NCBI GenBank assembly: GCA_938084585.1
Contig: CALKFF010000041.1
Location: forward strand, 20,720 to 84,719
DNA: 64,000 bases
Reading direction: 5' to 3'
Source of the DNA: an uncultured Flavobacteriales bacterium
Lineage (GTDB): Bacteria > Bacteroidota > Bacteroidia > Flavobacteriales_D > Sanyastnellaceae
Shown: positions 9,101-16,213 of the stretch, one piece after another
Layout: each line of letters opens with the position of its first letter
Position numbering within the stretch: the first letter of the stretch is position 1
The notes under the pieces: model-generated
Told to the model about the DNA's origin: nothing
The model's database searches: none
The model's input: only the letters and a program-made list of their open reading frames with translations
Program-made: the position numbers and the translations under genes

Positions 9101-10189
9101 GCCGTCGTCCACGGTGGCTGTCGGGTCGTAGTTGAAGGCGAAGGGGTCGGTGCATCCTTCGATTTGGACTTCTCCCGTCTCACAATCCACCCCAAAGATG
9201 ATGGCCTGGAACGACCCTTCTGCCAGCGTGAACGTGCCGAGGTCCAGATCCTCGGAGGGCACAGTCACGGTCAGCGTCGCGCCGTTCCATCCGTCGCCGA
9301 AGCTGTCCACCATGGTCAGCACGAGGCAACCCGCAGTGTTGTTCAAGCAGAAGTAGCCTTCGGTTGTGGCGTAGTCAGTGAAGCCTTGGCCTTCCAACAA
9401 CACGCCAGCGTCGTCGGACAAGGAGAAGCTGACTTCTCCACCCCATGAGGCGGTCGTCAACGTGGCCACGGCCAACATTTGGTCGTCGCCACACTCGGGA
9501 ACCACCACACACGAGCCGTCGTCGTCGGTGGCGTCGGGGTTGTAGTTGACTGCGTTTTCGTCGGTGCATCCGTACACGGGCTGTGCGGCGCAATCGCCCT
9601 CAGACACAATCCACGCTTGGGCGCATTCGGCCTCGCACGCGTTGTCGTAAGTCGTGTAGGTCCCTGTCAAATAGTTGTACCCGCACACCGGTGCATCGAC
9701 GTCTTCGCATTCGCAGTCGTAGGAGCACGTCCCGTCGTCCACGGTGGCGTAAGGATCGTAGTTGAACGCGGTGGGGTCGGTGCACCCTTCCACCTCCACA
9801 ATCTCCACGTCGCATCCCACGCCAAAGGACATGGACTGGAAGTCTCCCTCCTCGAGGGTGAAGCTGCCCAAGGACACGCCCAACGCGGGAACGGTGATGT
9901 CCAAGAAGGCATCGTTCCAACCGTCGCCGAAACTGTCGGTCATTTCCAACACCAGACATCCTTCCACGTTGTCGACGCAGAAGAGCTCGGTGTAGGTGCT
10001 GAAGTCTCCGAAATCTTGTCCGGAGACCAACACGCCGTTGTCGTCAGAAATGGTGTAGGAAATTTCACCGCCCCACATCTGGGTGGTGAGGGTGGCCAAG
10101 ACTTCCGTGCTGCAATCTTGGGCTTGGGAAGTGGATCCCCATGCAAGCATGGCGATCGCCAGAAGAGAAGAAAGGAATGTGGGTTTCAT
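6137..10189 (-). CDS. giant secreted modular Cys-rich protein: four Kazal-like domains, GDGW-type modules, ten GCTDxxAxNYNPxAxxDDGSC mini-repeats, T9SS type-A C-terminal sorting domain
   Basis: Start taken at ATG 10189 (MKPTFLSSLLAIAMLAWGSTSQAQ signal peptide). About 1350 aa, very acidic, with an even Cys count per module. C-terminus LELFPNPGQDHLTIRS ... GMYIVHVTQLGTTRQLPWIKVR matches the T9SS CTD pattern. See findings for module coordinates. Confidence 0.8.
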   Translation of the reverse strand: MKPTFLSSLLAIAMLAWGSTSQAQDCSTEVLATLTTQMWGGEISYTISDDNGVLVSGQDFGDFSTYTELFCVDNVEGCLVLEMTDSFGDGWNDAFLDITVPALGVSLGSFTLEEGDFQSMSFGVGCDVEIVEVEGCTDPTAFNYDPYATVDDGTCSYDCECEDVDAPVCGYNYLTGTYTTYDNACEAECAQAWIVSEGDCAAQPVYGCTDENAVNYNPDATDDDGSCVVVPECGDDQMLAVATLTTASWGGEVSFSLSDDAGVLLEGQGFTDYATTEGYFCLNNTAGCLVLTMVDSFGDGWNGATLTVTVPSEDLDLGTFTLAEGSFQAIIFGVDCETGEVQIEGCTDPFAFNYDPTATVDDGSCSYDCECEDIDEPVCAFNHITGEYTTFPNACEAECAQAWVIAEGDCDELPVYGCTDEDALNYNPDANIDDGSCVGTLECGSDEVTVLLTLQTEMWGGEVSFILSDDNGVLAEGQGLNDYDMAYASFCLSDSAGCLELDMIDSFGDGWNGASLEVSIPDLGVSLGTFSLEEGYHQTVSFGLECETQIVETAGCTDPYAFNYDPYATVDDGSCSYECECDDVYDPVCGYDYLTGEYVTFNNACEASCAQAYIVWEGDCADQPIYGCTDEEAVNYNPDATADDGSCVTIPTCADDETAVTIEVNGNDSLVDLGFYYSLYWTLTDAAGVHVDLVYDYSQWEAANAYGCLADGCYNFFMYDYGWEPGLTSVDITLGDETTTYTIPEGQFEAAYAIGVNTEDCELFIPVYGCMDSEAMNYNPDANIDDGYCLYPCECPEIYDPVCAYDSFVGDYVTFNNACEAECWNAWIVWDGDCADQPIYGCTDPEALNYNPDATDDDGSCAFIPVCGAGETEVVIQTMATDSLDEFGGFVSLYWTLTTDLGQHINLVYDYDEFSTVSYGCVADGCYNFYLNDYGWIPGAGSAEVILDGVSTSYSVPADEYSAVFALGVNTDGCEVTIPGCTDPEALNYHPSATVDDGSCQYPFVCENGEVGYVYLYTSLPSTTLNIVSEAGDLVFSEQDVFNFGGVYGEVCIEPGVCYTAMVTGAWDGELEWNDGLFGVNTAFEDLAYAEWPTGEDTWVVQFSLGNICEEGDFDLDSYLGCTDPVATNYNPDALINDGSCIFDNLCDGMFEVEFVLDGGLMPDEVGLNVSNDEGDVLMEMDGYTGSSVGCVPAGCYTVEMLDTFGDGWNGAMAELFVDGESAGTMTLEEGDYELRVVGVGMECETPDNGGDGDGTASLGDPSASEWTLELFPNPGQDHLTIRSQHSGTDAAPTVVVFNADGRMVMDATNDTRGVDGDWILDATSWTPGMYIVHVTQLGTTRQLPWIKVR
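6140..6385 (-). other. T9SS (Por secretion) type-A C-terminal sorting domain of the giant protein
   Basis: Last 82 aa. LxLFPNPxxxxLxI N-motif and a GxYxVxV ... K(V/I)(R/K) C-motif, as remembered for TIGR04183. Confidence 0.7.
7175..8233 (-). repeat. two diverged copies of a variant super-module (YDYGW-type instead of DSFGDGWNG-type)
   Basis: Residues 669-882 and 883-1021 share LYWTLT, LVYDY, GC(L/V)ADGCYNF and DYGW motifs. The second copy lacks the Kazal-like unit. Confidence 0.7.
7670..7813 (-). other. Kazal-like domain 4
   Basis: CECPEIYDPVCAYDSFVGDYVTFNNACEAECWNAWIVWDGDC. Confidence 0.55.
8312..8455 (-). other. Kazal-like domain 3
   Basis: CECDDVYDPVCGYDYLTGEYVTFNNACEASCAQAYIVWEGDC. Confidence 0.55.
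8942..9085 (-). other. Kazal-like domain 2
   Basis: CECEDIDEPVCAFNHITGEYTTFPNACEAECAQAWVIAEGDC. Confidence 0.55.
9572..9715 (-). other. Kazal-like domain 1
   Basis: CECEDVDAPVCGYNYLTGTYTTYDNACEAECAQAWIVSEGDC. Six Cys, PVCG, and the TYxNxC hallmark. Confidence 0.55.
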
Positions 10190-10261
10190 GGTAGACCTTG
10201 AGGTTGGGTATTGGAGTTCGAACCTAGAACACCTCAAGGCCCAGAAGGTTGCCTCAGGGAA

Positions 10262-12139
10262 TCAACTGCGCTCCGAAAGTTCCAGCCACCTCATTTCGGC
10301 CTCTTCCAATTCCTCGGCAACTTGTCCGAGTTCTTCTCCAAGGCGGGTCAAGGTGTCCAAGTCTTGCTCACCCTGGAGGGCTGCGGAAAGCTCGTTGCGT
10401 CGGGCTTCCAACTTGGGGATGGCCTTGTCAAGCGCCTCAAACTCCAGCTTCTCCTTGTAACTGAGCCGCTGGGAATAGTCGCCACGCACTTCGACAGGGG
10501 CGTCGGCCGCTTTGGCCGCCGCTGCGATGGCCGCTTTTTCTGCTTGGGCACGTTTCTGCGACTCGGCACGTGCCGCGCGGTATTGGCTGTAGTTGCCGGG
10601 GTAGTCGCGAATAGAGGTGGCCCCGTCTTCGGCCACCACCCAGACGTGGTCCACGAGCTTGTCCATGAAGTACCTGTCGTGCGACACGACCACCAGACAA
10701 CCTGAGAAGTCCATCAAGAACTCCTCCAGCACGGACAGCGTGAAAATGTCCAAGTCGTTGGTGGGCTCGTCCATCACCAAGAAATTGGGGTTGCGCATGA
10801 GCACCCTGAGCAAGTGAAGGCGCTTGCGCTCGCCGCCGCTCAGCAACTGAATGTGCTGATGGTGCATGGCGTGGGGGAAGAGGAACCGTTCCAGCAATTG
10901 GGCTGCCGTGAGTTTGGCGCCGCCTTTGAGCGGAATCCAATCGGCGATGTCCCGCACAGCATCGATCACTTTCCAGTCGGGGTTGAATTGCCCACCCTCT
11001 TGGTTGTAGTGCCCGAACACCACCGTTTCTCCGACCACCACTTTTCCTGCGTCCGGTTCCGCCAACCCCAAGATGAGTTGAAGCAGGCTGGATTTGCCGG
11101 AGCCGTTTTGGCCCACCAGCCCGATGCGTTCTCCCCGTTTGAAGTGGTGGGTGAGGCCCTCAAACAACACGCGTTCGTCGAAGGCGCGTTTCACCTTGTG
11201 CAACTCCACCACTTTGCCACCCAGCCGCTCGGGAATGACCGTGAGGTGAAGAGGATCTTCTTGCAGACGCTTGGCCGCGGCTTTTTTCAAATCTTGAAAG
11301 CGGTCGAGCCGGCTTTTGCTCTTGGTTGTTCGGGCAGAAGGGGTGGCGCGCACCCATTCTAGCTCGCGCTTCATGTGGGACCGGGCACGCTCTTGAACCG
11401 CTTGGGCGTTGGCCCTGCGTTCGGCACGCTTTTCCAAGAAATAGCTGAAGTTGCCGTGGTAGCTGTGCAGGGTGTGGTCTTCCAGCTCCAGGATGCGGTC
11501 GCACACGTTTTCCAGGAAGTAACGGTCGTGCGTGACCATCAGGAGCGTTGTGCCCATCGAGGCGAGCCGTTGTTCCAGCCAGGCAATCATGTCAAGGTCC
11601 AAGTGGTTGGTCGGCTCGTCGAGGATCAAGAAGTCCGGCGATTCCAACAACACCTGAGCCAACGCCACCCTTCGTTTCTCTCCACCGCTCAATTGGCCCA
11701 CCGGCCGTTGGAGGTCGTGCAGGTTGAGTTTGCCCAAGATTTCTCGCGCCCGAGCCTCGAAGTTCCACCCTTCCTGGGCGTCCATCGCGTCGTAGGCCCG
11801 TTGCAAGTCGTCTCCCTCATGTCCTTCGGCGAGCGCCCGTTCATAGGCACGCATCGCTTGGACTGTGGGGCTGTCTCCAATGTACAGGGTGTCCAAAATC
11901 GTGGCACCCGCTTCCAGTTCTAGGTCTTGGCGCAAATGGGCGTGTCTCACCCCAGACGAAAACACCACCCTGCCGTCGTCGGCAGGCTCCTGTCCTGAAA
12001 TGGCCCGGAGCAGGGTGGACTTTCCAGACCCGTTCCTCGCCACCAGCGCCACGCGCTCCCCCTCTTGCACGCCGAAGGTGAGCCTTTCAAACAGCGTTCG
12101 CTCCCCGTAAGTCTTGGTCAGGTCCTCGACGGACAGCAT
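10262..12139 (-). CDS. ABC-F family ATPase (Uup/YheS-like; two NBDs plus C-terminal coiled coil)
   Basis: Walker A GRNGSGKST and GQNGSGKSS. Signatures LSGGEKRR and LSGGERKR. No membrane domain. Acidic/basic coiled-coil tail. Start at ATG 12139 (MLSVEDLTKTYG), alternative ATG 12154. The ORF-track start at 12205 lies upstream of the promoter box. Confidence 0.9.
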   Translation of the reverse strand: MLSVEDLTKTYGERTLFERLTFGVQEGERVALVARNGSGKSTLLRAISGQEPADDGRVVFSSGVRHAHLRQDLELEAGATILDTLYIGDSPTVQAMRAYERALAEGHEGDDLQRAYDAMDAQEGWNFEARAREILGKLNLHDLQRPVGQLSGGEKRRVALAQVLLESPDFLILDEPTNHLDLDMIAWLEQRLASMGTTLLMVTHDRYFLENVCDRILELEDHTLHSYHGNFSYFLEKRAERRANAQAVQERARSHMKRELEWVRATPSARTTKSKSRLDRFQDLKKAAAKRLQEDPLHLTVIPERLGGKVVELHKVKRAFDERVLFEGLTHHFKRGERIGLVGQNGSGKSSLLQLILGLAEPDAGKVVVGETVVFGHYNQEGGQFNPDWKVIDAVRDIADWIPLKGGAKLTAAQLLERFLFPHAMHHQHIQLLSGGERKRLHLLRVLMRNPNFLVMDEPTNDLDIFTLSVLEEFLMDFSGCLVVVSHDRYFMDKLVDHVWVVAEDGATSIRDYPGNYSQYRAARAESQKRAQAEKAAIAAAAKAADAPVEVRGDYSQRLSYKEKLEFEALDKAIPKLEARRNELSAALQGEQDLDTLTRLGEELGQVAEELEEAEMRWLELSERS

Positions 12140-12162
12140 GTTTCGTTTTTCCATGGCCGGAC

Positions 12163-12170
12163 CAAAGATA
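12163..12170 (-). promoter_or_regulatory. -7 promoter box TATCTTTG for the ABC-F gene
   Basis: Perfect TAnnTTTG, 23 nt upstream of ATG 12139 and 8 nt upstream of ATG 12154. Confidence 0.4.
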
Positions 12171-12358
12171 CCCTGCCGCCAAGTGGAATTCATGGACATT
12201 TTCACGCGGAACGGTCATCAGTAGGTTGTTTTCAAAGCACTGAAAAAGAGCATGTTGAGTTGGTTATGCACATAAGCATGTTTGCGACAATTCAAACAGG
12301 ATGTGTCCCTGAGACACGATGTGTCCGTGGTTTGCAACGAACCTTTAAAACAGTTCTT

Positions 12359-12796
12359 ATGAAAAAAGTTGTTCTTTCATTTTTCGCAGCTGCGGTTGCG
12401 TTCGTGAGCTTTGGTCAAGATGCAAGCCAGCCTCAGGGCTCTTGGTACTTGGGATCCGGTGATGCCACCACCTTGTTGAACATTTTCTCCACGGGCGTGG
12501 ACATGCACGCCACCGTGGGCTATGCGGTTGCCGATGACATTGTGGTCACCGCCATGACTGGATTCGGTGGGGCATTGGACTCACTTAACCTTTCTCTTGG
12601 AGGCCAGTACTTCATGGGGGCTTACTACGTTGGATTGCAACTCCATGATCCAATCAACAATTTCGACGTTGGTCTGAACGCAGGTCGTTACATCGATTTC
12701 AAGGATGTGTTGTACATCACGCCACAGCTCAACATTGACATGTTGGCCACTGAGCCACAATTGGGCATCTCCATTGGCGTCGGCGCACGCTTCTGA
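12359..12796 (+). CDS. small secreted protein, probable small outer-membrane beta-barrel (hypothetical)
   Basis: 145 aa from ATG 12359 (MKKVVLSFFAAAVAFVSFGQ signal peptide). Alternating Gly/aromatic beta-strand pattern. C-terminal ...GVGARF ends in Phe, as OMP barrels often do. The ORF-track N-terminal extension from 12065 is spacer. Confidence 0.6.
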   Translation: MKKVVLSFFAAAVAFVSFGQDASQPQGSWYLGSGDATTLLNIFSTGVDMHATVGYAVADDIVVTAMTGFGGALDSLNLSLGGQYFMGAYYVGLQLHDPINNFDVGLNAGRYIDFKDVLYITPQLNIDMLATEPQLGISIGVGARF

Positions 12797-12817
12797 TCAC
12801 TCAATGACAGAGACTTG

Positions 12818-12842
12818 AAAAGGGGCTGCGGCCCCTTTTTTC
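12818..12842 (+). terminator. rho-independent terminator after the small OMP gene
   Basis: Stem AGGGGC / GCCCCT (12821-12826 and 12831-12836), loop TGCG, followed by a T6 run. Flanking A-run. Confidence 0.75.
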
Positions 12843-12849
12843 ATGCCCG

Positions 12850-12857
12850 TACCTTTG
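12850..12857 (+). promoter_or_regulatory. -7 promoter box TACCTTTG for the GNAT gene
   Basis: Perfect TAnnTTTG only 4 nt before ATG 12862, which implies a leaderless or near-leaderless mRNA. Confidence 0.4.
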
Positions 12858-12861
12858 GTCC

Positions 12862-13338
12862 ATGGAGACTGGCCTGACTTGGAAAGCCAAACCGTGGTCG
12901 CAGTTGGATCGCGACGAGTTGCACGCGCTCTTGCGCCTGCGCATCGACGTGTTTGTGCTGGAGCAAGACTGCCCGTACAGCGAACTGGACGGCAAGGATT
13001 TGAGAAGCATCCACGTGTGGGCTACGGACGCGGATGAGGACAAGGGCGGCGCGGCTGCGTGCTGCACACGCGTTCTGGCGCCAGGGGTCAGTTACAAGGA
13101 GCCAAGCATCGGCCGTGTGGCGACGCGCAGCGATTTGCGTGGCACGGGCTTGGGCAAGGATTTGATGCACCGTAGCTTGGACGTCTGCGAGCAAGAATGG
13201 CCAGGGCTGGCCGTCCGGATTTCAGCGCAATGTTACCTCGAGCGGTTTTACCGCGACCTCGGGTTTGTGCCGTGCGGGGAGACGTACCTCGAAGACGGCA
13301 TCCCGCATGTGGAGATGCTGAGGCCAGGTCAACGTTGA
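12862..13338 (+). CDS. elaA: GNAT family N-acetyltransferase, ElaA-like
   Basis: 158 aa. N-terminus W..L..DELHALLRLRIDVFVLEQDCPYSELDGKD fits the ElaA pattern. Acetyl-CoA loop RGTGLGKDLM. Confidence 0.7.
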   Translation: METGLTWKAKPWSQLDRDELHALLRLRIDVFVLEQDCPYSELDGKDLRSIHVWATDADEDKGGAAACCTRVLAPGVSYKEPSIGRVATRSDLRGTGLGKDLMHRSLDVCEQEWPGLAVRISAQCYLERFYRDLGFVPCGETYLEDGIPHVEMLRPGQR

Positions 13339-13342
13339 TTCC

Positions 13343-15031
13343 TCAGCCTTGGGCTGAATTCGCCGCGACGTCTTGCGACGCCGAGCGCACCATGGCGGCC
13401 TCCACGAAGGACACGAACAGGGGGTGTGGGTTGAGCACCGTGCTGGCGTATTCCGGGTGGAATTGAGAGGCCACGAAATACGGGTGTGACGGAATCTCCA
13501 CAATCTCCACCAAATCGTTGTCGGGGTTGATGCCAGTGGCGATCATCCCTGCCTCTTCGAATTGGTTGCGGTACGTGCTGTTGAATTCGTAACGGTGTCG
13601 GTGACGTTCGTCCACCAAGTCCGCTGCGCCGTACGCCGCGTGGGCCTTCGACCCGGCCTGAAGCGCGCAGGGGTATTCTCCGAGGCGCATGGTCCCGCCC
13701 ATGTTGGTGATGCTCTTTTGCTCGGCCATCATGTCGATGACGGGGTGGGGGGTGTACTCTTTGATCTCCGCGGAATGGGCCTCGTCCAAGTGAAGGGCGT
13801 TGCGCGCAAATTCCACCACCGCGCACTGCATCCCCAGGCAAATGCCAAAGAAGGGGGTGCCTGTGGTGCGGGCATGTTCCACCGCAAGCAACTTGCCATC
13901 GATGCCGCGGGACCCGAAGCCAGGCGCCACCAAGATGGCGTCGAGGCCAGAAAGACGGGCGGAGACGTTGTCGCTGGTCAATTGCTCGCTGTGGATCCAG
14001 TCCAGGTCGATGCTGGTTTCCAGCTTGGCGCCGGCATGGTCCAACGCTTCGGCAATGCTCTTGTAGCTGTCCTTGAGTTCGACGTATTTCCCGACCAAGC
14101 CCACCTTGACGGAGCGCTTGGGGTTTTTGTAACGGCTGAGGAAGTCACGCCATTCGTGGAGGTTGGCCGACGTGTCTGCGGCGTCCATGCCCAGCTTGCG
14201 GAGCACCACTTCGTCGAACTTTTCCTCTTGCATCAGCAGGGGCACGTCGTAGATGGAGTCTGCGTCGATGCTTTCAATCACGGCGTCCGTCCCGACGTTG
14301 CAGAAACGCGCCAGCTTGGTGCGCACGTTGGCAGGCAACGGGTGTTCGGTGCGGCAGACCAAGATGTCCGCTTGCACCCCAAATTCAAGCAATTGCTTGA
14401 CCGAGTGCTGGGTGGGTTTGGTCTTCAATTCGCCTGCGGCCGACAAGTAGGGCACCAAGGTCAGGTGCACCACCAAGGTGTCCTCGGGGCTTTCCCACTT
14501 CATTTGACGCACAGCCTCGATGTAGGGCAGGGATTCAATGTCCCCCACGGTGCCACCGATTTCTGTGATCACGAAGTCGTAATCCTTCTTGGAGCCCAGA
14601 ATTTGGACACACCGCTTGATCTCGTCGGTGATGTGCGGGATGATTTGAACGGTCTTGCCCAGGTATTCCCCGCGACGTTCCTTGTCGATGACGCTCTGGT
14701 AGATGCGTCCAGTGGTGATGTTGTTGGCTTGGGTGGTTTGAACGTTGAGAAAACGCTCGTAGTGGCCCAAATCCAAATCGGTCTCCGCACCGTCGACCGT
14801 CACGTAGCACTCTCCGTGCTCGTACGGGTTCAGCGTGCCGGGGTCCACGTTGATGTACGGGTCCAATTTTTGGATGGTCACGGAGTACCCGCGCGCCTGA
14901 AGCAACTTGGCCAATGAGGCACTGACAATGCCCTTGCCCAGACTGCTGCTCACACCGCCAGTGACAAAAATGTACCGGCTGTTCCGGCCGCTGGCCAGGG
15001 TGTCGGTGGAAGAAGAAGTTGGAGTAGACAT
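13343..15031 (-). CDS. pyrG: CTP synthase
   Basis: YIFVTGGVSSSLGKG, GGTVGDIES, and glutaminase GICLGMQ ... HRHRYE. ATG at 15031 is preferred (ATG 15040 is the alternative) given the -7 box at 15051-15058. Confidence 0.95.
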   Translation of the reverse strand: MSTPTSSSTDTLASGRNSRYIFVTGGVSSSLGKGIVSASLAKLLQARGYSVTIQKLDPYINVDPGTLNPYEHGECYVTVDGAETDLDLGHYERFLNVQTTQANNITTGRIYQSVIDKERRGEYLGKTVQIIPHITDEIKRCVQILGSKKDYDFVITEIGGTVGDIESLPYIEAVRQMKWESPEDTLVVHLTLVPYLSAAGELKTKPTQHSVKQLLEFGVQADILVCRTEHPLPANVRTKLARFCNVGTDAVIESIDADSIYDVPLLMQEEKFDEVVLRKLGMDAADTSANLHEWRDFLSRYKNPKRSVKVGLVGKYVELKDSYKSIAEALDHAGAKLETSIDLDWIHSEQLTSDNVSARLSGLDAILVAPGFGSRGIDGKLLAVEHARTTGTPFFGICLGMQCAVVEFARNALHLDEAHSAEIKEYTPHPVIDMMAEQKSITNMGGTMRLGEYPCALQAGSKAHAAYGAADLVDERHRHRYEFNSTYRNQFEEAGMIATGINPDNDLVEIVEIPSHPYFVASQFHPEYASTVLNPHPLFVSFVEAAMVRSASQDVAANSAQG

Positions 15032-15050
15032 GTCCCGCATATACGGGATT

Positions 15051-15058
15051 CAAAGGTA
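15051..15058 (-). promoter_or_regulatory. -7 promoter box TACCTTTG for pyrG
   Basis: Perfect TAnnTTTG, 10 nt from ATG 15040 and 19 nt from ATG 15031. It is preceded by two short hairpins after the upstream gene's stop. Confidence 0.4.
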
Positions 15059-15112
15059 GACCAAAGTGACACCACCGGTCACCGTCTGACGGTGCATTTC
15101 ATCAACAATTCT

Positions 15113-16213
15113 TCACCCTGCATTCACATCCCCTTGATCCGGGGAATCCATGCGTTGCGTGAGGGCCTGCACCCATGGAACTTCCTCCAGGAATTCCCGG
15201 GCCACGATACGGATGAGGGTGTAGCCGGGGATGGCGAGCACCATGCCCATGGGCCCCGCAAGGCTGCCCGCCACAGACACCACGATGAAAATCTCGAGCG
15301 GATGTGCAAACACACGCTTGGCGAAGACCACAGGTTGTGTGAACACGTTGTCGATGGCTTGGGCCGCCGCGAACATGGCCAACCCCCACCCAAGCGTGCC
15401 GCCGTCGACGCCGCTCGACACCATCACCACCAGGCCCACAAGCACCCCGGCGATGGGGCCGAGGTAAGGGATCAAGTTGAACAACCCTGCCAACAAACCC
15501 AGCAGAAGACCGTGCGGCACCCCGATGACGGTCAGACCGAGTCCCACCACCGTCGTGACGATGCTCACTTGAATGACCAAGCCGCCGAAATAGCGTGTCA
15601 ACAATTCTCCAGACCGGGACATGATGCGCTCTGCCGACGCTTGATGTGAAGGTGGGGTGAGCCCCAATACCAACCGATGGAAGAGGTCGGGCTCCCGCAT
15701 CAAGAAGAAGGCCATGAACATGACGGAGAATCCGGCGACAAACACGTTGCCCAGCGAGGAAAGCAAACCGGTCAACAGGCCGCTCAGCGCGTCCACGGGA
15801 ACCATGTGGGTGAGTTGGTCTGCGAGGTAAGTGCTGTTCGCCACGCCTTGGCCGCTCAAATCCACCCAAGTGGTGTACCGGTCAACCATTTTCAAAAGGT
15901 CGTTCCAGGCTTGGATGAGCTGCTCTGAATCGACTTGGGACAACGTGGCGGCTTGTTGGGCGAGGAGCGGGGTGAAGAGCAGGACCACCCCTGTCAGCAG
16001 GGCCACCATCAAGGCGAGGGTGGTGGCGGCACCCAAGCCGTGGCCCAAGGTTTTGGACCCCACGCGGCGGGAGGCGATCCAGCGCACGACAGGCCGACCC
16101 GCAAAACTCAGGGCAATGGCGCCCAAGAGGTAGGATGCGAGTTGCCCGAACCGCCAAAGGAACAAGACGAGCAACGCCGCCAACACCCACCATCCTGCGT
16201 TGGACCGGGTCAT
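15113..16213 (-). CDS. AI-2E family transporter (PerM/YdiK-like permease)
   Basis: About 366-aa polytopic membrane protein with the C-terminal FNLIPYLGP motif. ATG 16213 forms an ATGA overlap with the sixA stop. Confidence 0.8.
   Translation of the reverse strand: MTRSNAGWWVLAALLVLFLWRFGQLASYLLGAIALSFAGRPVVRWIASRRVGSKTLGHGLGAATTLALMVALLTGVVLLFTPLLAQQAATLSQVDSEQLIQAWNDLLKMVDRYTTWVDLSGQGVANSTYLADQLTHMVPVDALSGLLTGLLSSLGNVFVAGFSVMFMAFFLMREPDLFHRLVLGLTPPSHQASAERIMSRSGELLTRYFGGLVIQVSIVTTVVGLGLTVIGVPHGLLLGLLAGLFNLIPYLGPIAGVLVGLVVMVSSGVDGGTLGWGLAMFAAAQAIDNVFTQPVVFAKRVFAHPLEIFIVVSVAGSLAGPMGMVLAIPGYTLIRIVAREFLEEVPWVQALTQRMDSPDQGDVNAG

Larger units (their letters stand above)
8234..10117 (-). repeat. 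three tandem copies of a roughly 630-bp coding super-module (GDGW module, GCTD repeat, Kazal-like, GCTD repeat)
   Basis: Residues 41-248, 249-458 and 459-668 of the ORF-track translation align colinearly. Well over half the positions are identical by eye. Confidence 0.8.

Noticed and set aside
6137-10237. Regular periodicity in the DNA that could be mistaken for a CRISPR-like or satellite array
   Set aside because: The repeat unit is about 630 bp and stays in frame within a single 1350-codon ORF with conserved Cys spacing. These are protein modules, not repeat-spacer units.
10196-10239. Hairpin CCTTGAGGT ... ACCTCAAGG with a 26-nt loop containing GAGTTCGAACC, which resembles a tRNA T-loop. 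It could be a tRNA remnant or integration att site upstream of the giant gene.
   Set aside because: The bases flanking TTCGAAC do not form a T-stem, and no acceptor, D or anticodon arms can be drawn. On the minus strand the same bases read TAGGTTCG, a one-mismatch -7 box for the giant gene, which is the simpler explanation. The hairpin may be a weak terminator for the ABC-F gene, but it has no T-run.
12065-12358. ORF-track extension that makes the small OMP-like protein 243 aa long
   Set aside because: The extension crosses the ABC-F start and its promoter box and contains no signal peptide. ATG 12359 gives a canonical MKK...signal peptide.
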